Source: a bacterium (lineage in GTDB: Bacteria > Krumholzibacteriota > Krumholzibacteriia > LZORAL124-64-63). From it: 64,000 bases of DNA. The stretch lies in assembly GCA_031441465.1 (NCBI GenBank), contig JANOEP010000046.1, positions 86,922 through 150,921 on the forward strand, read 5' to 3'. Each line of letters begins with the position of its first letter. The stretch's first letter is position 1. The translations under genes were made by a program, and so were the position numbers. Shown in pieces: positions 58,079-64,000 of this stretch. The notes beneath the pieces are model-generated. The model ran no database searches. It saw only the letters and a list, made by a program, of their open reading frames with translations, and was not told the origin of the DNA.

Positions 58079-60907
58079 GTGAATCCCCGTCCACGACTTC
58101 AGGCCCACGAGACGCTGACCGTGATCGCGACCGTCCTGGCGGCGGTCTTCCTCCAGGCGGGATGCTCGTCCCCCGCCGCGCCGCCCGCGCCGTCACCGCC
58201 ACCCGGCTCCACTCGCATCGCCGGAATTTACCCGGCCGCTCTGTGCCGGCTGACGCCGCCGCCCGAGGGCGTGCACCGTTGGACATGGAGCCGCGCCGGC
58301 GCCGTCACGTCCCCGGCGGTCGGCGGCACGGCCGTCCTGACCGTCGCCGGCCGGGCGTGGACCTGGCGGCTGACGACCACGCCCGGGGACACCTGCCTGC
58401 CGGACAGCCTGTTGCTTCGGCCGGACGCTCCCGACCTTTGGCACGAATTCCTGGCCGACCCAGACTCGAGCCGGCCGGGCGGCTGGCTGCCGCTGCCCCG
58501 CGCCGCAGTGGCGTCGGCCCACTACGCCGACCTGCTGCACCTCGTGCAGGAACTGACCCGGCCGCGTTTCGGCGGCGTGGTGACGCGCTGGAGCCTGCAG
58601 CCGGTCCCGGTGGGCTGCGGCCCGGCGATCAGCGGCGCCGTCGACTTGGCTGCCTGCCTGCGTGAGGCGGTCGGGGCCTGGCAACTCAAGGGCGTGCCGC
58701 CCCTGCTGGTCTGGGACGGCGAGTCGGCGGTCGGGGCCCGGCTGATCCATTACCCAGGCGTCGTGCTGCACCCGCCGATGAGCGTCCAGCTGGTCCGCCG
58801 CGACCCGGCCGGGCGCGTGCTGCGGGTCCATATCCGCTGCGGCGACACCTACGACGACCCGCAGGATGTGCGCTACGCCCGCCGCGTGCTGGTCCACGAA
58901 CTGGGCCACGTCCTGCTGCTGTGGGGCCACAGCGAGGACCGGGCCCACGTCCTGTGGCGCAACGGCCCGATCGTGGACCACCCCGCCGAAGACGAGCTGC
59001 GCGCGGCCGCCCTGTGGCGGTCGCTGCCCGAAGGGCTCGACCTCAACCGTTACGGCCGCTCAACGGAACTCCAGCCGCAGCGGCAGCAGGGCGAGGGGTC
59101 GCCCGTCCAGCAACCCGGCCTGGGCGAGCAGGCCGCTGTCGGCGAACTCGCGCCAGGGGCCGAGCGGCGGGCCGCCGCCGACCGTGCCGCCGCGCATCGC
59201 CTGCGAAAGCAGGCGTTCGAACAGGCTCGGCTGCCGGTCGAAGGTCACCAGGCGCAGCGGCTCGTCGGGGGCGAGCCCGACCAGACCCCGTACCGCCGCC
59301 AGCGACCGTCCCAGACCGCCGAGCCCGTCGACCAGCCCGGCGGCGACCGCCTGCCGACCCGTCCAGACACGCCCCTCGGCCACGGCCGCCACCGCGGCGG
59401 GGTCGAGGCGGCGTCCGGCGGCGACCTTGCCGACGAACCGGCCGTAGAAGGCGTCGAGCTGGCCCTGGAGCAGGGCGCGTTGGCCGTCGTCGAAGCGGTC
59501 GGCGTCGGCGAACATCAGGGCGTTGCGCCCCCGCACGACGAACTCGCGGTTCAGGCCGATCTTGTCGTAGAGAAGGTGGCGGTCCATCTTGCCGGCGAAG
59601 ACGCCGATGGAGCCCGTCAGGGTGCCGGGTTCGGCGAAGATCGAATCGGCCGGGCAAGCCACGTAGTAGCCTCCCGACGCGGCGTAGCCGGACATCGAGA
59701 CCACGACCGGCTTCTCCAGCCGGGTCCGGTTGATCTCGTCCCAGATCAGGTCGCTGGCCGTGGCGGAGCCGCCCGGGCTGTCGACCCGCAGCACGACGGC
59801 GGCGATCCCCTCGTCCTCGGCCGCTTCCCGCAACTGCTCGATCACCGTGTCGCTGCCGGCCATCGGTCCGGACCAGAAATCGCGGCCGCTCTCGCCCTCG
59901 ACGATCGTGCCCTCGACCACCACCAGCGCGACGCGTTCGCCGTGGCCGCGGCCCGGCGACAGGACGTAGTCCTCGAACAAGGTGGATTCGACCTCGCCGA
60001 AGGCGGCCCGGAAGGCGGCGTCCTGGTAGTCGAGGGTGTCGACGAGCGCGGCGGCGAGCGCTCCCGCGCCGTCGAACAGGCCCTGGTCGAGCAGCTGCAC
60101 GACCGCCGATTCCTCGAGCCCGCGGTCGCGGGCGATCATGGTCACCAGGCTGCGGTAGTGCTCTTCGACCAGGGACGCGATCATCTCGCGGTGGGGCTCG
60201 GTGGCGTCGGTGCGGGTCATCGCCTCCGGCGCCGACTTGTAGCGGCCGACGTGGACGTAGTCCGCCGCCATGCCCAGCTTTTCCAGCGTCCCGGCCAGGA
60301 ACTGCATCTCGACGCTGGCCCCCGGGACCATGAGGTTGCCCTCGGGCGCCAGCACGATGCGGTCCGCGGCCAGAGCCAGGGCGTACTCGCCGGACCCGGC
60401 GAAACTCAGCCAGGCGGTCACGGGCTTGCCGGCGGCCGCGAACGCCGCGACCGCGTCGCGGAGTTCCTCGACGTCGGCCCAGTCGCCGGGCGCGGCGGCG
60501 ATCTCCAGGAAAAGCCCCGTCACGCGCTCGTCGCGGGCGGCCCGCGACAACGCGGCCGTGATCTCGTGCATCACCGGCACGTCGCGCCCGGCCAGAGCCG
60601 CGAACGCGCCCTCGTCGCGACGCTCGGGATAGTCCGCGTCCACCCGCCAGGTGAGCACGCCCTGGACGGGCCCCGTCGTCGTCCCGAGCCGCTGCAGGAA
60701 GAACCAGCCGGCGAACAGGCCCGCCGCCGTCAGGGCGCAGATCAGGCCCAGCACGATCCAGAATTTCTTCATCGGTCCTCCAGGGAACGGTTGCCGGACG
60801 CCCGCGCACACGCGGCGACGAAGCAAGCGAGGGCGCGGGCGGCGCGGTCGATCTTGCGGAACACGGGCACGCCGGCGCGCTCGAAGCACGCGCAGAGCGG
60901 GTCGTAG
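58079..60907 (+). CDS. Lipoprotein with matrixin-like Zn-metalloprotease motif; credible coding region ends near 59060, after which the frame stays open antisense to sppA
   Basis: GGAGG SD, lipobox LQAGC, VLVHELGHVLLLWGHSED; the downstream ~615 codons are the in-register antisense of sppA. Confidence 0.6.
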   Translation: MNPRPRLQAHETLTVIATVLAAVFLQAGCSSPAAPPAPSPPPGSTRIAGIYPAALCRLTPPPEGVHRWTWSRAGAVTSPAVGGTAVLTVAGRAWTWRLTTTPGDTCLPDSLLLRPDAPDLWHEFLADPDSSRPGGWLPLPRAAVASAHYADLLHLVQELTRPRFGGVVTRWSLQPVPVGCGPAISGAVDLAACLREAVGAWQLKGVPPLLVWDGESAVGARLIHYPGVVLHPPMSVQLVRRDPAGRVLRVHIRCGDTYDDPQDVRYARRVLVHELGHVLLLWGHSEDRAHVLWRNGPIVDHPAEDELRAAALWRSLPEGLDLNRYGRSTELQPQRQQGEGSPVQQPGLGEQAAVGELAPGAERRAAADRAAAHRLRKQAFEQARLPVEGHQAQRLVGGEPDQTPYRRQRPSQTAEPVDQPGGDRLPTRPDTPLGHGRHRGGVEAASGGDLADEPAVEGVELALEQGALAVVEAVGVGEHQGVAPPHDELAVQADLVVEKVAVHLAGEDADGARQGAGFGEDRIGRASHVVASRRGVAGHRDHDRLLQPGPVDLVPDQVAGRGGAARAVDPQHDGGDPLVLGRFPQLLDHRVAAGHRSGPEIAAALALDDRALDHHQRDAFAVAAARRQDVVLEQGGFDLAEGGPEGGVLVVEGVDERGGERSRAVEQALVEQLHDRRFLEPAVAGDHGHQAAVVLFDQGRDHLAVGLGGVGAGHRLRRRLVAADVDVVRRHAQLFQRPGQELHLDAGPRDHEVALGRQHDAVRGQSQGVLAGPGETQPGGHGLAGGRERRDRVAEFLDVGPVAGRGGDLQEKPRHALVAGGPRQRGRDLVHHRHVAPGQSRERALVATLGIVRVHPPGEHALDGPRRRPEPLQEEPAGEQARRRQGADQAQHDPEFLHRSSRERLPDARAHAATKQARARAARSILRNTGTPARSKHAQSGS
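59060..60772 (-). CDS. sppA: Signal peptide peptidase A (67K type)
   Basis: N-terminal TM; GRYKSAPE, VLRVDSPGGS, SMSGYAASGGYY, TGSIGV, AEGRVWTG; ATGA coupling with the upstream gene. Confidence 0.94.
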   Translation of the reverse strand: MKKFWIVLGLICALTAAGLFAGWFFLQRLGTTTGPVQGVLTWRVDADYPERRDEGAFAALAGRDVPVMHEITAALSRAARDERVTGLFLEIAAAPGDWADVEELRDAVAAFAAAGKPVTAWLSFAGSGEYALALAADRIVLAPEGNLMVPGASVEMQFLAGTLEKLGMAADYVHVGRYKSAPEAMTRTDATEPHREMIASLVEEHYRSLVTMIARDRGLEESAVVQLLDQGLFDGAGALAAALVDTLDYQDAAFRAAFGEVESTLFEDYVLSPGRGHGERVALVVVEGTIVEGESGRDFWSGPMAGSDTVIEQLREAAEDEGIAAVVLRVDSPGGSATASDLIWDEINRTRLEKPVVVSMSGYAASGGYYVACPADSIFAEPGTLTGSIGVFAGKMDRHLLYDKIGLNREFVVRGRNALMFADADRFDDGQRALLQGQLDAFYGRFVGKVAAGRRLDPAAVAAVAEGRVWTGRQAVAAGLVDGLGGLGRSLAAVRGLVGLAPDEPLRLVTFDRQPSLFERLLSQAMRGGTVGGGPPLGPWREFADSGLLAQAGLLDGRPLALLPLRLEFR

Positions 60908-63096
60908 AGCAGGCCGGAATCCACCACGACCACCGCGGGCTTGTCGCTGCCGGCCAGCAGCGGCGCCAACCGCCCCGCCAGGGAGCCGGGCGCGTCGAGG
61001 TCCTCGCCGTGCAGGCCCGGTGCGGCCGGCAGATCGTCCAGCGCGGGCGTGACCGGCACGGCCGAGACGATCGCGACGTCCACGCCGTCGCTGGCGAGGA
61101 TCGCCGCCACCGCGTCGGCGTAGGCCGCGGTGCCGGCCATGGGCGTGGCGTCGACGGGGTTGTCGCGGTGCGCGAACGCCGGCAACGCCGCGTCCAGCAC
61201 CCGGCGGACGTCCGCGTCGAAACCGCGCAGTTCCAAACCGGCGAGCGCGTCGGTCACCGTCGAGCACTCGAAGCCGGCGTTGCTCAGGATCCCCACGCGC
61301 GGGCCGCGGGCCGGCCGCGGCATCAGCATGGTGAACGTCTTGATCAGGTCCTCGAATTCGTCCAGCGTCGCCGCGACCGTCACGCCGGCGTCCTGCAGGC
61401 AGGCCAGGGCCACGTCGTAGTCGCCGGCCAGGCTCGCGGTGTGGCTGGCGGCCGCGCGGGCGCCGAGTTCGGTCTTGCCCGCCTTGAACACCAGCACCTG
61501 CTTGCCGCGGGCGGCCGCCTGCCGGGCCAGCGCGACGAAGCGGTCGCCGTCGCCGGGCCGGAACCCCTCGATGTAGCAGGCGATGACGTCGACCTCGGCG
61601 ACCTCCAGGAAATGGGCCAGGAAATCCGCGACGGTCAGGTCCATCTGGTTGCCGAAGCTGATGCTCGCCGCCGGGTTGACGATTCCGTCGTAATTGCTGG
61701 CGAAGGTCACCAGGTAGGCCCCGGACTGGCTGACCAGGGCGAGGTTGCGGCCACAGGCGGCCTCGCTGAACGGCAGCTTGTACAAGGGCAGGAAAAATGT
61801 GTTGTAGCTGTCGCGGCTGACGATGCCCAGGCAGTTGCCGCCGACCATGACCGGCCCGCCGCCGGGCGCGTCGTGGCCGTCGGCCAGGATCCTTTCGATC
61901 TCGGCCGCCAATCCGGTCTCGCCGGCTTCCGCGAACCCGCCGGGAATCAGGATGATCGAGGCGGCGCGGTCGTGGGCCACGATCTCGGCGATCGCATCGC
62001 GCGCGCCGGCGGCCGGGATGCAGACCACCGCCAGGTCCACCTTCGCGGGCAGGTCCCGCACCGACGGCACGCAGGCCACGCCGTCGATCGCGCTCTCCTT
62101 CGGGTGCACGACGTGCAGGCGTTCCGGGGCGACGCCGCGGGAGCGCTTCAGGTTGTTGAGGATGATGCGACCCGGGTTGTCGCCGCGTGCGCTGGCGCCG
62201 AGGACCGCCGCGCTGCGCGGGTGCAGCAGCTCGCCGATGCGCGCCAGCGGCCGGTTCGGCGTGGGCCAGCGCTGGCGCGACAGCAGCGCGACGCCGTCGA
62301 TCGCGACCAGGGCGCCGTCGCGGACCACGGCCGGGTTGATCTCGAGTTCCTCGAGGGTCCAATCGCTGTCCGCCGCCGGGCCGAACGCCACCGCGAGGCC
62401 CGCCAGGGCCGCGGCGACCTCCCCCAGGGCCAGGGGCGTCAGGGGCGGCTGTGGGTACAGGCGCGAAGGACGGCAGAGCAGGGACAGCAGCGGGTGGCGC
62501 GCAACCGCGTCGGCGGCGCGCTGCGGCGTCAGGCCGGCCGCGGGCAGGATCAGGCGGCTGCGGCCCGCGGTGCCGCGCCCGTACCATTCGGTCAACACGC
62601 CGCCCACGCCGATCACCACGACCGGGCCGAAGCCCGGGTCGAGACGGACGCTGAGCAGGACTTCCTGGCCGGGGACGTTGGCGCGGTGGGGGACGAAGGC
62701 GGTGGCGAGGACGCCTTCGATGTCGGCGCCCGCGCCGGCGGCTTCCACGCGGCGCAGCAGCGCGTCCGTTTCCCCGGCCAGGGCCTCCGCGCGCCCCGAG
62801 GCCGGCAAGGTGAGGACAGCCACGCCGCCGACGTCGCTCTTGTGCAGGATCCCGCGCCCGAGGACCTTCAGCACCAGCCGGCCCTGGGCATCGGCGAGAT
62901 CAACGGCCCCGGCGAGCCACGGCGCCCTACGGGACGGATCTCGGTCCCCGACGAGCCGCGGGCACGCCGTCAGTCCGATCGACTCCAGCAGCTCGTAGAC
63001 CTCGGCCTCGTTGAGGCGCGGACGGTCGGCGCCGCCCGCCTTGTGCGCGACCCCGGTCAGGATTTCGTGGACGGAAGCCTGGCGCTGCGGCGGCAA
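60769..63096 (-). CDS. ADP-forming acetate/acyl-CoA ligase, fused with ATP-grasp (beta) domain first and CoA-binding (alpha) domain second
   Basis: VLKV..ILHKSDVGGV, DPGFGPVV.IGVGG, ELEINP (ATP-grasp); PRSAAVLGAS, GGNCLG, SQSGA, ASHTASLAG, NPVD (alpha). GGAGG SD before TTG 63096. Confidence 0.88.
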   Translation of the reverse strand: MPPQRQASVHEILTGVAHKAGGADRPRLNEAEVYELLESIGLTACPRLVGDRDPSRRAPWLAGAVDLADAQGRLVLKVLGRGILHKSDVGGVAVLTLPASGRAEALAGETDALLRRVEAAGAGADIEGVLATAFVPHRANVPGQEVLLSVRLDPGFGPVVVIGVGGVLTEWYGRGTAGRSRLILPAAGLTPQRAADAVARHPLLSLLCRPSRLYPQPPLTPLALGEVAAALAGLAVAFGPAADSDWTLEELEINPAVVRDGALVAIDGVALLSRQRWPTPNRPLARIGELLHPRSAAVLGASARGDNPGRIILNNLKRSRGVAPERLHVVHPKESAIDGVACVPSVRDLPAKVDLAVVCIPAAGARDAIAEIVAHDRAASIILIPGGFAEAGETGLAAEIERILADGHDAPGGGPVMVGGNCLGIVSRDSYNTFFLPLYKLPFSEAACGRNLALVSQSGAYLVTFASNYDGIVNPAASISFGNQMDLTVADFLAHFLEVAEVDVIACYIEGFRPGDGDRFVALARQAAARGKQVLVFKAGKTELGARAAASHTASLAGDYDVALACLQDAGVTVAATLDEFEDLIKTFTMLMPRPARGPRVGILSNAGFECSTVTDALAGLELRGFDADVRRVLDAALPAFAHRDNPVDATPMAGTAAYADAVAAILASDGVDVAIVSAVPVTPALDDLPAAPGLHGEDLDAPGSLAGRLAPLLAGSDKPAVVVVDSGLLYDPLCACFERAGVPVFRKIDRAARALACFVAACARASGNRSLEDR

Positions 63097-63216
63097 ATCG
63101 GACCTCCGGGTCGTGGGCTGGAGTTCTGCGGCAGGCGCCGGGCGCAGCCGCCGCCCCGAAGATGATGCGCACGGCGTGCGAAATCCAGAACATCCACGCG
63201 ACAATCCCGGGTACAC

Positions 63217-63249
63217 AAAAAGAAACCGCCGGCGCTTTCGCGCCGGCGG
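63217..63249 (-). terminator. Rho-independent terminator of the rRNA operon
   Basis: CCGCCGGCGC-GAAA-GCGCCGGCGG followed by TTTCTTTTT on the minus strand. Confidence 0.85.
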
Positions 63250-63259
63250 CTCTCGAGAA

Positions 63260-63377
63260 TTTCGGCGGCGTCCTACTCTCCCACACAGTCCCCCGTGCAG
63301 TACCATCGGCGCAGCAGCGTTTCACTTCTGTGTTCGGAATGGGAACAGGTGGTTCCACTGCGCTATCGCCACCGAAA
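63260..63377 (-). rRNA. rrf: 5S ribosomal RNA
   Basis: Minus strand TTTCGGTGGCGATAGCG...CCCATTCCGAACACAGAAGTGAA...GCCGATGGTACTG...GGGAGAGTAGGACGCCGCCGAAA; ends approximate. Confidence 0.97.
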
Positions 63378-63471
63378 AGACGGAGTCCTTGAGGACCGAA
63401 TATAGAGGGCAGCGAAGGTTCATCCACGGACACGAATTTGCCAGACCTCCTTCCCTCGAAGGGGAAGGAAG

Positions 63472-64000
<529 letters not shown>

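Noticed and set aside
55618..58665. 1015-aa plus-strand ORF
   Set aside because: Antisense shadow of the kinase/co-polymerase genes plus an off-frame run over the lipoprotein gene; no domain signal.
60773..62587. Apparent 600-aa N-terminal extension of SppA in the ORF track
   Set aside because: Off-frame overlap with the acyl-CoA ligase; the real start is the SD-supported MKKFW at 60772.

Overview
High-GC diderm bacterial chromosome segment. It has canonical sigma70-type promoters and Shine-Dalgarno sites. Large secreted proteins end in NxPNPFNP...FlgD-Ig sorting domains and one protein has a terminal WGxxKxLFR motif; from recall this suggests an FCB-related candidate phylum such as Krumholzibacteriota/Latescibacterota (inference, not verified). 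Contents in order: (1) hsp20-lon-GT9-waaF/gmhB-GT9 operon; (2) HIT protein; (3) a histone-H1-like protein with an N-terminal coiled coil and a Rok-like winged helix; (4) an orphan peptide-binding lipoprotein; (5) two tandem ~1600-aa gingipain/PorU-family (C25) proteases with FN3, FG-GAP propeller and sorting domains; (6) a surface-glycan cluster (ligase-like protein, GT4, WecA, methyltransferase, deacetylase-like protein); (7) glnA, PIN-PhoH, suhB, NifU, a membrane protein/sulfatase-like pair and an acyl-CoA dehydrogenase; (8) a complete nuoA-N operon with fused CD and a Rex/CRP-like operator; (9) class IV aminotransferase, NYN protein, ftcD, MFS transporter, split Wzc pair, a Zn-protease lipoprotein ORF reading through antisense to sppA, sppA and a domain-swapped ADP-forming acyl-CoA synthetase; (10) 5S rRNA and the 3' end of 23S rRNA. 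No CRISPR array, tRNA or mobile element was seen. The best novelty candidates are the C25/propeller tandem beside the glycan cluster (a possible T9SS-like attachment system), the Rok/H1 chimera, the switch-like leader of the second protease, and the WGxxK C-terminal motif. All assignments come from manual motif reading; no database searches were run.
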